Positions 20,101 through 29,049 of a stretch of DNA of 64,000 nucleotides are shown in pieces. The position numbers were made by a program, and so were the translations under genes. The notes beneath the pieces were generated by a model. The model saw only the letters and a program-made list of their open reading frames with translations, ran no database searches and was not told the DNA's origin. Where the stretch lies: positions 3,145-67,144 of the forward strand of contig QOPH01000003.1 in the NCBI GenBank assembly GCA_003331635.1, in the 5' to 3' direction. Within the stretch, counting starts at the first letter, position 1; each line of letters begins with the position of its first letter. The stretch is from SAR86 cluster bacterium (lineage in GTDB: Bacteria; Pseudomonadota; Gammaproteobacteria; Magnimaribacterales; TMED112).

Positions 20101-20540
20101 AAGATGAGTATGAGGTTGCAAGAATGCATCTTGAAACATCAAAAGAAATGGTGAGCAAACAATTTGGTGAGTGGAAAAATTTAGGTTTTTATCTATCGCC
20201 ACCTTTTATGTCATTTATTAAAGACAAAAGAACTGGTCGACCACTTAAAATTAAAATTCCAGGTACTTTCGCAATACCGATGTTTAAACTTCTCAAAAGC
20301 TTTAAGTTCCTAAGAGGTAGTTTTTTTGATCCTTTCCAAATTACACATGATAGAAGAAGGGATAATGCACACAGAAAAATATTTTTTAGTGAGTTAGACA
20401 AAATTACCAAAACTCCATCAGGTCTAAGGGGAAAATATCTTGAGGCACTAGTTGATAGCTCAAGTTCTGTAAGGGGTTATGGGCCAGTAAAAGATGAATC
20501 TTTTCAAGCTTTTAAAAATGCAATTAAGGGAGATAAGTGA
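17142..20540 (+). CDS. Indolepyruvate ferredoxin oxidoreductase family protein (alpha/beta fused)
   Basis: GFISGYKGSPLGG, 'GDDHAAKSST', FCSGCPHN, GDGT TPP motif, ferredoxin CEGCGDC and C..CLKGFCPSF, 'TGIGGTGV', 'DMTGLAQKGG', 'KDEYEVAR'. Confidence 0.92.
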   Translation: MSKGISLDDKYKKRDGTVFLTGIQALVRLPLIQKELDIQRNLDTGGFISGYKGSPLGGYDLELHRAKKFLDQNDIFHQPGLNEELGATAVWGSQQGEFHGRGLKDGVFGIWYGKGPGMDRSMDVFKHANAAGSSIFGGVLAVAGDDHAAKSSTLPHQSDHNFMSAFMPYLYPSGVSEIVRFGLLGFAMSRYSGCWVGLKIVSDVADSGRTYDTSIENEEIIVPSGAFLGEYKDLPRNILFSDTPREQDFRLQRAKGFAAQEFVRANQIDKVIWKNNNAKLGIISAGKSYNDVLEAFRWLGIDEEKAKSMGIALYKVGMPWPLEPQGIREFCRGLDTVLVVEEKRELIEHQVKWQLYNWKENVRPTVIGKQDENGKWLLPAENDLPMQTIIEVIAERISKFNSDSAVINQLDWFQKRNKSQENINAPLNRKPFFCSGCPHNTSLMVPEGKRALGGIGCHYMAVNTVKGTEFFTQMGGEGTPWIGISPFSKEKHIYANLGDGTYKHSGILAIRAALDAEVNITYKILYNDAVAMTGGQEIGDNWNVDGIIKQVLAEGVKKISVLSQDPKKYKYLSSKYVKSVHRDHIISEQVNLSKHKGVSVLIFDQTCAAEKRRRRKRGQMHDPLQRIMINPDVCEGCGDCSMQSSCVSIEPLETKLGRKRKINQSTCNKDYTCLKGFCPSFVSVDAQLQARTTSHKIDGLPDPKHKVSDGVSNIILTGIGGTGVLTVSAITAMAAHYEGKESTILDMTGLAQKGGAVWSHIKIYEKNVKTFSHKIAPASANLFLACDAVVGTKPEIQEVLSDKKTYSIINSDTIPVADFVTNRDLDFKDDEVLKVIDKTTKDINITVPAIKIAENLCGDAIAANIMMLGAAYQLGHIPLKEESIKYAIKLNGIGVEKNIYSFNLGRLYAFNPKDKIFKFLNSFKEKEQTTESVLKDRLERLAIYDKKEIDFFNSKVNFTKDLIKNELETEELLKKTIKEIYRVIAVKDEYEVARMHLETSKEMVSKQFGEWKNLGFYLSPPFMSFIKDKRTGRPLKIKIPGTFAIPMFKLLKSFKFLRGSFFDPFQITHDRRRDNAHRKIFFSELDKITKTPSGLRGKYLEALVDSSSSVRGYGPVKDESFQAFKNAIKGDK

Positions 20541-20954
20541 TTGCATAAAGTAGAAGAAAAATTTTTTGTATCTGGCCAAATTTTTCCAAGCGATATAAAA
20601 AATCTAAAAGAACAAGGCTTTCAGACTATTGTTTGTAATAGACCTAATGGAGAAGAAGAGAGCCAACCTATCTATGAAGAAATAGAGAAAACGTGCAAAG
20701 AAAATGATATCAAATGCTTTTTTATTCCAATTTCACCAGGTGAAATAGATCCAGCAAAAGTTTTTGAACTTAATTCTATTATTCAGAAAGAAAAAAAGAC
20801 TTTGGCTTATTGCAGAACTGGAAATAGAAGTATTACTCAATGGGCTTTTGCAAATGCAAAAGATCTTGATGCCGAAATAATATTAGATAAGTGCAAAAGC
20901 GCCGGGTTTGATTTAAGCAATCTTAAAGAAGTTCTATTAGCAATCAAAGGTTAG
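20541..20954 (+). CDS. TIGR01244/DUF442 family sulfurtransferase/phosphatase-like protein
   Basis: 'IVCNRPNGEE..QP' and AYCRTGNRS (CX5R). Confidence 0.85.
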   Translation: MHKVEEKFFVSGQIFPSDIKNLKEQGFQTIVCNRPNGEEESQPIYEEIEKTCKENDIKCFFIPISPGEIDPAKVFELNSIIQKEKKTLAYCRTGNRSITQWAFANAKDLDAEIILDKCKSAGFDLSNLKEVLLAIKG

Positions 20955-21244
20955 TGTCTCTTTGAAATTGATAAATATAACCAAACTAATGGAATTATTA
21001 TTAAGCATCCTGCTGTTATATTTATTGTAAGAAGAAGAGGAAAATCAACTATTGCGCCTAGAAAGTCAGATAAAGTGTTTCCTAGAAGCGCTCCATAAAT
21101 GGCTCCATGTATTCCGCTCCCTCGAAAATATCTATCAATATCAATACCAAGGAGAGTTGAAAATCCAAGAACGCCGTTATCAATCAGACCATAAACTAAT
21201 CCATCATAGTTATATTCTGAAAAAAACTGAATGAGACCATCCAT
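20951..21244 (-). CDS. Small membrane protein, TMEM65/VIT1-like pattern
   Basis: 'GLIDNGVL...GIDID...GAIYGALLGNTLSDFLG'. Overlaps both neighbours. Confidence 0.6.
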   Translation of the reverse strand: MDGLIQFFSEYNYDGLVYGLIDNGVLGFSTLLGIDIDRYFRGSGIHGAIYGALLGNTLSDFLGAIVDFPLLLTINITAGCLIIIPLVWLYLSISKRH

Positions 21245-21630
21245 TAAAAAATCCTATTTCTCAATTTCCTTAAAGCACTAACTAAAAATACAAAATATAC
21301 AATCTCAAAAGCTGTGAAGTACCCTATAAAGGGAGAAGTATATTCACCGTAGATAAGTGAAATAATTCTTCCTAGAAGTATTCCTGATATTAAAAATAAT
21401 AAAATAGTAAAGAAAGTTTTTTCATTTCTAGAATTCATCAAAGTAACAAAAGCTAAGATGCCCACCAAAAAATTTATACCGCCATATACAGCTCTAATTT
21501 CAGCGGAGCCCAAGTCAGTATTTATTGTAAGACCCACTGCAGTTACGTAACTACTTGGATCAAAAAGGGCCCATCCTCCCAAGAATCCATAAGTTGCTGC
21601 AGTGAAACCAAGAAAAATCTTATTAATCAT
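21244..21630 (-). CDS. DUF4345 family membrane protein
   Basis: 'AEIRAVYGG', 'GRIISL...G', four TM segments. Confidence 0.75.
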   Translation of the reverse strand: MINKIFLGFTAATYGFLGGWALFDPSSYVTAVGLTINTDLGSAEIRAVYGGINFLVGILAFVTLMNSRNEKTFFTILLFLISGILLGRIISLIYGEYTSPFIGYFTAFEIVYFVFLVSALRKLRNRIF

Positions 21631-21875
21631 TACATTGCATTTTTATTTAGTAATTCTATATTACCACCAGTAGCCATAACATTGTCAGTATAAGTTTTTT
21701 CAGTAACGGAATTGTAAAGAGTATAAGTTTTTTCAGTAACGAAATTGGAAAGGTAACCTGGACCTATTAATCATTACATTACATTTTTATTTAGTAATTC
21801 TATATTACCACCAGTAGCCATAACATTGTCAGTATAAGTTTTTTCAGTAACGAAATTGTAAAGGTAACCTGGTCC
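21621..21875. repeat. Nested imperfect tandem duplication (111-bp unit, plus internal 33-bp unit present three times)
   Basis: 21621-21764 repeats 21765-21875 with an extra 33-mer. The 33-mer occurs at 21687-21719, 21720-21752 and 21831-21863. Four substitutions. Confidence 0.93.
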
Positions 21876-24863
21876 TCCAGCCTTTGGACCAGTACCACTT
21901 AAACCTTGACCACCAAAAGGCTGCACTCCAACAACAGCACCAACAATATCCCTATTAAAATAAAAATTTCCAACATTTGCTGCCTCAAATATTCCTCTAG
22001 CCTTACTTACAATTCTGGAGTGAACGCCCATTGTTAGTCCATAGCCTGTATCGTTAATCTCATCGATGATTTGCTCCAAATTTCCACTCTTATATCTTAT
22101 AAAGTGTAAGATTGGACCAAAATTTTCCTCATCTATTTGATTAATGCTGTCTATTTCAAAAACAATTGGTGTGATAAATAAATCACTCTTGTTTTGCTTA
22201 TAATGATGTTCAATAGTTCTCTTAGCTGATTTTTTCAAAGCTGATATATGTGTCATCAATCTATCTTTTGAATTTTTGTTAATAATTGGACCAATATCAA
22301 CTTTTGGTAGGTTTGGATCTCCAATAGTATATTCTTGCAATGCTTCATTAAGATAATCCCAATATTCATCAGCAATTTCATCTTGAACATACAAAACTCT
22401 TAATGCACTACATCTTTGACCAGCACTTAAAAATGCTGATCTGATTACATCATCTATAACTTGCTCCTTGAGGGAAGATGAATCAACAATCATCGCATTC
22501 TGACCACCTGTTTCTGCAATAAGACTTTTTATAGGACCATTTGAGTCAGCAAGGTTCTTATTTATTTGCTTTGCAGCAAAACTTGACCCTGTAAAAACAA
22601 CACCGGCAATAAGAGGATTTTTAGTTAATTCATTGCCAATTTTTTTGTCACCAAGTACTAGTTTTAATGCTGATTTCGGCACACCAGATTCATGGAAGAT
22701 TTTTACAACCTCATACCCAATGATAGAAGTATCTTCAGCAGGTTTTGCAATAACATTATTTCCTGTTACTAGCGCTGCTGTAATTTGCCCCACAAATATT
22801 GCTAAGGGAAAATTCCATGGACTTATACAGAGGAATGTCCCTTTAGGAGCGTGTTCAAGATAGTTTTCTTCACCTGAAGGACCAGGCATTCTTTTTCTTT
22901 TGAAGATTTTTTTTGCCTGGGCATTATAGTAATTAATAAAATCAATTGCCTCTCTTAATTCTGCGTCGCAATCTTTCAACGTTTTTCCAGCCTCATTGAT
23001 CAAAAGATGGAAAAGCATTGCCCTATTGTTAGATAGCAACTCTCCAACCTTTGACAAAATCTCAATTCTTTTTTTCAAAGAAGTTTTCGACCAATCAGAA
23101 TTATCAAAATCTTCAAAAACATTCTTAATATCTTTTGTTTTTAAATAAGCAACTAAGCCAATTTCATTTTTTAATTCATGAGGAGAAAGTCTTTTCATAG
23201 ACTCCCCAGTAAATTGATGATTACCTACAATTGAAATAGCTTTATAATCACGCTTTCTCATATTTTTAACATCATTTTGCAGTGTTTGTATTTCATAAAG
23301 ATCACCAAAATCAAAACCTAAAGAATTATCTCTTCCTTTAAAAATTTCTTTTGGTCTTTTTACGTTATTAAGGAAAGTTTTATTTATTAACTGATCTTTG
23401 CAATTGAGAAGGGGATTTTTTACAACTTCAGTGATAGGAATTTTCTTATCTAAATACTTATTTACAAACGAATTATTTGCTCCATTCTCAATCAACCTTC
23501 TAACAAGATAAGGTAGCAATTCTTTTTTAGACCCAACAGGAGCATATATTCTCGTTGTTGGAAAATCTTTAAAGCATTTTTTAGCGTTTGTATAAACTAA
23601 ATCACCCATTCCAAAAATTCTTTGAAACTCAATTTTTTCTTCCTGCCCTTTAAAAATACTCATTATTGCAGCTATTGTATGAGCATTATGAGTAGCAAAA
23701 TAAGGCTTGAGATTTTTACTCTCTGAAATTACTTTAGCTGTGTGTAAATAATTCAAATCAGTGAAGGATTTTGCAGTAAAAACAGGTAAATCAATTGAAC
23801 CCTTTGTTTGATGAATTTTAATTTCCTGATCCCAATAAGCACCCTTTACTAATCGCATCATGAGTCCATTTCTTCGGCCTCCAAGATAATTAATGAATTT
23901 GACTACAGAAGAAGATCTTCTTCCGTAACCTTGAATTGCTAAGCCTAGCCCACCCCAATCTTTAAGCTTTTTATTTTCTGCAAGCTTTTCCACAATTTTA
24001 AGACTAAGTTCAAGTCTGTCTTGTTCTTCAGCATCAATTGTTAAGGCAATATCATGATTAGCTGCTTGTAAAGATAGCTCATAAACACTTTCATAAAGTT
24101 CATTCATAACTCTTTCTTCTTTTAATGCCTCATAACGTGGATGTAACGCTGAGAGTTTTATAGAAATTTCATGAAAAGATTTAGACAGAAGAGCATTTTT
24201 TTCTCCAACACACCTAATTGCATTTTCATAGGCTTCAAAAAAGAAATCTACATCAGATTTAGTTCGAGCCGCTTCACCAAGCATATCAAAAGAACATGGA
24301 GTATTTGGTGAATCAAACTTTATTAATGCTTTTTCAATACTTGTTCCTGAAACAAATTCTTCACTCAAAATATCCATTCCTTTTTTAATTGCCTCTCTTA
24401 AAACTGGCTCTCCAATTTTTGAAGTCATTCCAGACAGCCAGCTAATTGGATTTGAACCAATTTTTGGATCAAGTTCTACAACTTGTTCAGCCAAAAAAAG
24501 ACCAAATGTAGTTGCATTCACAAAAAGAGATGGAGAATTATTTAAATGATTTAGCCAGCTTTTGCCGCCTATTTTTTCTTCAATAATTTCATCACATGTA
24601 GAATTATCTGGAATCCTTAGAAGTGACTCAGCTAGGCACATAAGGGCAACACCCTCCTGATTACTTAATCCGTATTCAAGAAAAAAATTATCAAGCTTTG
24701 TCTTATTTCTATCGCCTCTACATTTTTTAACAATAGATTCAGCATTTATTGAAATCTCTTCATCATTTAACCAATTACTCTCATTGATGATTTTTTCAAT
24801 TAATTTCTCTTCATCAAAATACTTCAAGCTTTGAAGCTCTTTAAAATATTTATCGCTTGACAT
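21774..24863 (-). CDS. putA: Bifunctional proline dehydrogenase / P5C dehydrogenase PutA (no RHH domain)
   Basis: SFDMLGEAA, ISIKLSALHP, IDAEE, RLVKGAYWD, FATHNAHT, EFQRIFGMG, YLVRRLIENGAN, ETGGQN, SAGQRCSA, EENFGP, QPFGG.GLSGTGPKAGG. Confidence 0.97.
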   Translation of the reverse strand: MSSDKYFKELQSLKYFDEEKLIEKIINESNWLNDEEISINAESIVKKCRGDRNKTKLDNFFLEYGLSNQEGVALMCLAESLLRIPDNSTCDEIIEEKIGGKSWLNHLNNSPSLFVNATTFGLFLAEQVVELDPKIGSNPISWLSGMTSKIGEPVLREAIKKGMDILSEEFVSGTSIEKALIKFDSPNTPCSFDMLGEAARTKSDVDFFFEAYENAIRCVGEKNALLSKSFHEISIKLSALHPRYEALKEERVMNELYESVYELSLQAANHDIALTIDAEEQDRLELSLKIVEKLAENKKLKDWGGLGLAIQGYGRRSSSVVKFINYLGGRRNGLMMRLVKGAYWDQEIKIHQTKGSIDLPVFTAKSFTDLNYLHTAKVISESKNLKPYFATHNAHTIAAIMSIFKGQEEKIEFQRIFGMGDLVYTNAKKCFKDFPTTRIYAPVGSKKELLPYLVRRLIENGANNSFVNKYLDKKIPITEVVKNPLLNCKDQLINKTFLNNVKRPKEIFKGRDNSLGFDFGDLYEIQTLQNDVKNMRKRDYKAISIVGNHQFTGESMKRLSPHELKNEIGLVAYLKTKDIKNVFEDFDNSDWSKTSLKKRIEILSKVGELLSNNRAMLFHLLINEAGKTLKDCDAELREAIDFINYYNAQAKKIFKRKRMPGPSGEENYLEHAPKGTFLCISPWNFPLAIFVGQITAALVTGNNVIAKPAEDTSIIGYEVVKIFHESGVPKSALKLVLGDKKIGNELTKNPLIAGVVFTGSSFAAKQINKNLADSNGPIKSLIAETGGQNAMIVDSSSLKEQVIDDVIRSAFLSAGQRCSALRVLYVQDEIADEYWDYLNEALQEYTIGDPNLPKVDIGPIINKNSKDRLMTHISALKKSAKRTIEHHYKQNKSDLFITPIVFEIDSINQIDEENFGPILHFIRYKSGNLEQIIDEINDTGYGLTMGVHSRIVSKARGIFEAANVGNFYFNRDIVGAVVGVQPFGGQGLSGTGPKAGGPGYLYNFVTEKTYTDNVMATGGNIELLNKNVM

Positions 24864-24917
24864 AGCAGAGATATTTTAACTTTTCTTCTTGAAAAATGTT
24901 GGATTACTAAACCGTTT

Positions 24918-25823
24918 TTACTTTAGTTTTGCTTCTTGGAAAGATTCTTTTATTAAAGATTTAAGCCAAATATGGCCAGGATCATTATCATTTGATTTGT
25001 GCCATGCAAGAAAAAACTGTGAAGGCGCAACTTCGAATGGAAGAGTTTTAAAAGCAAGTTTATGTTTCTTAGCGAATGCCTTAGTACATGTCAAAACCAT
25101 ATCTAAATTTTTAAGTATTTCAGGTGTGATTAAGTAATGTTGCGCACGAAGAATTACTCTCCTTTCAACTTGTAATTTTGAGAGCGCATTATCAACTAAA
25201 GCTCCTCCAGTTCTTCTTCCTGAAATATGGATATGATCTAGTTCTAGATACTGATCAATAGACAAATTTTTTGAACTGGCTAAAGGATGATCCTTCCTAA
25301 ATCCACAGACAAATTCGTCTTCAAATATTATTTCTTTTTTAATGTCTGTTTCAGATGGAGGAAAAGGATCAACAGCAAAATTAACTTCATTTGCTGCCAA
25401 AGAATGAAGTAAATCTTCTCTCATTGTGTAATAACTCGATACCTTTACATTTGGTGCTACTTTCCTAATCTTTGTCATTAGAATTGGTAGCACTCGACCT
25501 TCAGAAACATCATTGAGTGATAAGCGAAAAGTTCTACTAGATACAGCTGGATCGAAAGACTCCGGCACCTCAATGCTTTTTTGAAGTATAGATAGGGCAT
25601 CTCTTACATGAATAATGATATTTTCAGTCTTTGCAGTTGGCTTCACTCCCTGACCAACTCTTATAAAAAGCTGATCATCAAAATATTCACGGAGTTTTGA
25701 GAGAGCACTACTTACTGCAGGTTGGGTTATGCCTACAATCTCACCTGCTTTTGTAAGACTGCCTTCTGTATAAATAGCATTAAATACTACTAATAAATTT
25801 AGGTCTAAATTATTTAACTTCAT
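24918..25823 (-). CDS. LysR-family transcriptional regulator (NodD/NahR-like)
   Basis: 'LDLNLLVVFNAIY...SLTKAG....ITQPAVSSALSKLREYFDDQLF.R' HTH plus substrate-binding domain. Divergent from the acyl-CoA dehydrogenase. Confidence 0.94.
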   Translation of the reverse strand: MKLNNLDLNLLVVFNAIYTEGSLTKAGEIVGITQPAVSSALSKLREYFDDQLFIRVGQGVKPTAKTENIIIHVRDALSILQKSIEVPESFDPAVSSRTFRLSLNDVSEGRVLPILMTKIRKVAPNVKVSSYYTMREDLLHSLAANEVNFAVDPFPPSETDIKKEIIFEDEFVCGFRKDHPLASSKNLSIDQYLELDHIHISGRRTGGALVDNALSKLQVERRVILRAQHYLITPEILKNLDMVLTCTKAFAKKHKLAFKTLPFEVAPSQFFLAWHKSNDNDPGHIWLKSLIKESFQEAKLK

Positions 25824-25830
25824 AAGTATG

Positions 25831-25846
25831 ATTTATAATTATAAAT
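25831..25846. promoter_or_regulatory. Probable LysR binding site
   Basis: Perfect palindrome ATTTATAATTATAAAT containing T-N11-A, 8 nt upstream of the lysR start in the divergent intergenic region. Confidence 0.5.
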
Positions 25847-25900
25847 GCAATTACATATTATAAATAACATTTATAGTATTTAAGAAATTTTTTTTATATA

Positions 25901-27124
25901 TTGAAAATGCAATTTGAAACCACAGAAAAAATCGATTTTTACCTTCCAAAAGTAAAGGAATTTGTTGAAGAAGTAGTTTTGCCTGTAGAAGCGAAAATTC
26001 ATGGAAAAGAAATACCTGAAAAAGACAGATGGAAACCACACCCAGAGTTAGAGGAACTAAAGAAAGAAGCACGTAAAAGAGGTCTTTGGAACCTATTTTT
26101 GCCAGATAGTGAATTTGGAGCTGGGCTATCAAATTTTGAATATGCACATCTAGCTGAAGAAATGGGGCGAACTGTTTTTGCTTCAGAAGCTATGAACTGT
26201 AGCGCACCAGATACTGGGAACATGGAAGTGCTGGTTAGATATGGTTCAGATGAACAAAAAGACACTTGGTTAAAGCCTCTTTTAAATGGCGAAATAAGAT
26301 CCGCATTCGGAATGACTGAGCCTAATGTAGCTTCCTCAGATGCAACTAATATGGAAGCAATGGCAGAACTGGTCAATGGAGAATGGGTAATAAATGGTGA
26401 AAAGTGGTGGACCTCTGGTGCAGGAGACCCAAGATGTAAATTAATTATTTTTATGTGCGTCACAAATCCAGAAAATGAGAGACATCAAAGACACTCAATG
26501 ATTCTAGTTCCTACAGATACTCCAGGTGTTGAAGTGCAAAGAATGATGCATGTCTTTGGATATGACGATGCTCCACACGGGCATGCACATATTAAATTCA
26601 ATAATGTGAAAGTGCCATATGAAAATGTTGTGCTGGGAGAGGGTAGAGGTTTTGAAATTGCTCAAGGAAGATTAGGTCCGGGCAGAATTCACCATTGTAT
26701 GCGTTCAGTTGGAGCTGCTGAAGTTGCTTTCGAGCTCATGTGTAAACGATCAATGGAGAGAACAGCATTTGGAAAAGAATTAGCAAAACTGGGCGGAAAT
26801 TATGATGTTATTGCTAATTCAAGGATGGAAATAAACCAAGCAAGACTTCTTACCTTGCATGCTGCATGGGCAATGGATAAGTACGGCAATAAAGTTGCTG
26901 CCAGCGAGATTGCACAAATTAAAGTTGTAGCTCCAAATGTTGCATGCGATGTGATTGATAGAGCGATACAAATGCATGGCGGAGGAGGTGTATCTCAAGA
27001 TTTTCCTTTAGCAAAGATGTACGCATTCATGAGATGCTTGCGGCTAGCAGATGGTCCAGACGAGGTCCACAGAAGAAGTGTTGCTAGATTAGAATTTGCA
27101 AAATTTTTACAAGAGTCAAAATAA
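25901..27124 (+). CDS. Acyl-CoA dehydrogenase (ACAD10/11-like group)
   Basis: '[13 protein letters not shown]', '[12 protein letters not shown]', '[21 protein letters not shown]', 'LADGPDEVH'. True start may be the ATG at 25907. Confidence 0.95.
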   Translation: MKMQFETTEKIDFYLPKVKEFVEEVVLPVEAKIHGKEIPEKDRWKPHPELEELKKEARKRGLWNLFLPDSEFGAGLSNFEYAHLAEEMGRTVFASEAMNCSAPDTGNMEVLVRYGSDEQKDTWLKPLLNGEIRSAFGMTEPNVASSDATNMEAMAELVNGEWVINGEKWWTSGAGDPRCKLIIFMCVTNPENERHQRHSMILVPTDTPGVEVQRMMHVFGYDDAPHGHAHIKFNNVKVPYENVVLGEGRGFEIAQGRLGPGRIHHCMRSVGAAEVAFELMCKRSMERTAFGKELAKLGGNYDVIANSRMEINQARLLTLHAAWAMDKYGNKVAASEIAQIKVVAPNVACDVIDRAIQMHGGGGVSQDFPLAKMYAFMRCLRLADGPDEVHRRSVARLEFAKFLQESK

Positions 27125-28203
27125 TGAAGGTTCTAAGAACTCCAGATCACAGATTTAAAAACCTCAAAGATTTTCCTTTTGAGCCTAACTATACGAATAT
27201 AAAGGATAAGAGCGGAGTTGAACTAAGAATTCATCATTTGGATGAAGGTCCCAAAGATGGACCCATTGTACTTTTGATGCATGGACAGCCAGTTTGGTCC
27301 TATCTCTATAGAAAAATCATTCCATACCTCACCAAAGCAGGAGTGAGAATAATTGCACCTGATTTAGTTGGATATGGTCGATCAGACAAACCAAGTTCAA
27401 TTGAAGATTACACATATCAAACCCAGGTTGATTGGATGAATACCTGGATTAGACAAAATGATTTCAAAAAAATAACATTTTTTGGCCAAGATTGGGGCGG
27501 TCTAATAGGATTAAGAGTTATTGCTGATAATGGTGACAGATTTTCTGGAGCTGTGATATCAAATACTGGCGTTCCTTTATCTCGAAATATGGATCCAGAA
27601 ACACATAGAAAAATAAAGGAATTTAAAGCTTCTAAACACGTTCCGACAACCAGTGAATTTGTTAGAGCTTTTAAAAAACCTGGCCCAATGGCTTTTGCTT
27701 ATTGGCAAAAATGGTCATTAAACAAGAAAAATTTTCCTGCTGGCCTACTCGTTGCACCGATGTTTGAAAGAAGAACAAGAATGAAAATGAAATTATCAGG
27801 TATATTTTATGAGTTAGGATTGGAAGGTATTTCTCCATTAGTTTCAGATGTAGAAAAAGCATACAATGCTCCCTTCCCAAATAGTTCCTATAAAATGGTT
27901 TGCAGGGCAATGCCCAGTCAAGTTCCTACTTTACCTGACGATGCAGCAGTCGAAGCACAAAAAAAAGCATGGAAATTTTTTGAGAAATTCGAAAAACCTT
28001 TTCTATGTGCTTTTGCAGATAATGATCCTATTACTCGTGGAATGGATAAGCCATTTTTGGAAAAGTGTCCAGGAACAAAAGGGCAAAAACATACTATCTT
28101 GAAAGGTGCAGGTCATTTTTGTCAAGAAACACAACCGAAAGAGATTTCAGAAATCATAGTTAACTTTATGAGTTCAAATGGAATAATTAATGGAAGTAAT
28201 TAA
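27124..28203 (+). CDS. Haloalkane dehalogenase (DhmA/DhlA-like alpha/beta hydrolase)
   Basis: 'KVLRTPD.RF..L.DFPF.P.Y', HGQPVWSYLYR, 'APDLVGYGRSDKP', nucleophile QDWGG, 'D.DPI', GAGHF.QE. Confidence 0.85.
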   Translation: MKVLRTPDHRFKNLKDFPFEPNYTNIKDKSGVELRIHHLDEGPKDGPIVLLMHGQPVWSYLYRKIIPYLTKAGVRIIAPDLVGYGRSDKPSSIEDYTYQTQVDWMNTWIRQNDFKKITFFGQDWGGLIGLRVIADNGDRFSGAVISNTGVPLSRNMDPETHRKIKEFKASKHVPTTSEFVRAFKKPGPMAFAYWQKWSLNKKNFPAGLLVAPMFERRTRMKMKLSGIFYELGLEGISPLVSDVEKAYNAPFPNSSYKMVCRAMPSQVPTLPDDAAVEAQKKAWKFFEKFEKPFLCAFADNDPITRGMDKPFLEKCPGTKGQKHTILKGAGHFCQETQPKEISEIIVNFMSSNGIINGSN

Positions 28204-28591
28204 TCAGCTATATCCCTCAAAAATACAAATAGAAGACTTCAAAAACTTTCCAACAGATAAGCCTATAAAAATGGTTAATTTGTTAAAGTTCAAAGATAAA
28301 GCAGTGTATGAAGACGGTCGAAAAACAGACTTATCAGGAGTAGAAGCCTACTCGATATATGCTACTGAAGTTGTAAATCATCTTGAAAAAGTCGGCGGCA
28401 AGACTTTATTTTTTGGTGAAGTAAAAGGACTTTTAATTGGTGAAGTTGAAGAGAGTTGGGAATGGGTAGCAATTGCAGAATATCCATCAGCATCCGCTAT
28501 GTATAAAATGTTCACTGATTCAGATTACAGAGAAAGCGAAAAACATAGAAGTGCAGGACTTCAAGGTCAGCTTAATATAATTACGCAATGA
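28190..28591 (+). CDS. DUF1330 family protein
   Basis: 'PIKMVNLLKF....Y.DG.....SG.EAY..Y', 'W..V.I.EYPS..A...M......Y.....HR.AGL'. Confidence 0.8.
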   Translation: MEVINQLYPSKIQIEDFKNFPTDKPIKMVNLLKFKDKAVYEDGRKTDLSGVEAYSIYATEVVNHLEKVGGKTLFFGEVKGLLIGEVEESWEWVAIAEYPSASAMYKMFTDSDYRESEKHRSAGLQGQLNIITQ

Positions 28592-29049
28592 CTAGACTTT
28601 TGCCGAGAGTAATTGATAACAATTATCAAGGGCCAAAGATAGCTTTATACTTTTTTATTATTTTCATGATTGTGAATACATGGAGAAGTTTTGTGCATTT
28701 CCTTGCAGAAGACGCCGGCATAAATTCAATAGCAAATATAATAACTTTTGAAGGTAATCCTGATCCAGATAATTTAATTAATTTATTTGGGTCTCTGTGG
28801 GGCGAAATGCAGGTTTTATTGTGTTTAATCAGCTGGATAGTGATCTTTAGATATAAAGCTTTTATACCCTTTTTCTATCTAATATGGCTACTGGAATGGA
28901 TACTCAGAGTAGGGGTTGTTGGAAAAATACATCCACTAGAACCGATTTATCAAACTGGAATTACCCCTGGCCAAGAATATGCATGGATAGTATTAGTTTT
29001 ATTGTCTTTATTTTTTATAATCTCTCTTTTTAAAGTTAAAACAACATGA
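28588..29049 (+). CDS. Hypothetical membrane protein
   Basis: Four hydrophobic segments, coupled to neighbours by overlapping stop/start. Confidence 0.65.
   Translation: MTRLLPRVIDNNYQGPKIALYFFIIFMIVNTWRSFVHFLAEDAGINSIANIITFEGNPDPDNLINLFGSLWGEMQVLLCLISWIVIFRYKAFIPFFYLIWLLEWILRVGVVGKIHPLEPIYQTGITPGQEYAWIVLVLLSLFFIISLFKVKTT

Noticed and set aside
21687-21863. Three copies of a 33-bp sequence as a possible CRISPR array
   Set aside because: The copies are putA coding sequence, two are directly adjacent with no spacer, and there are no cas genes.
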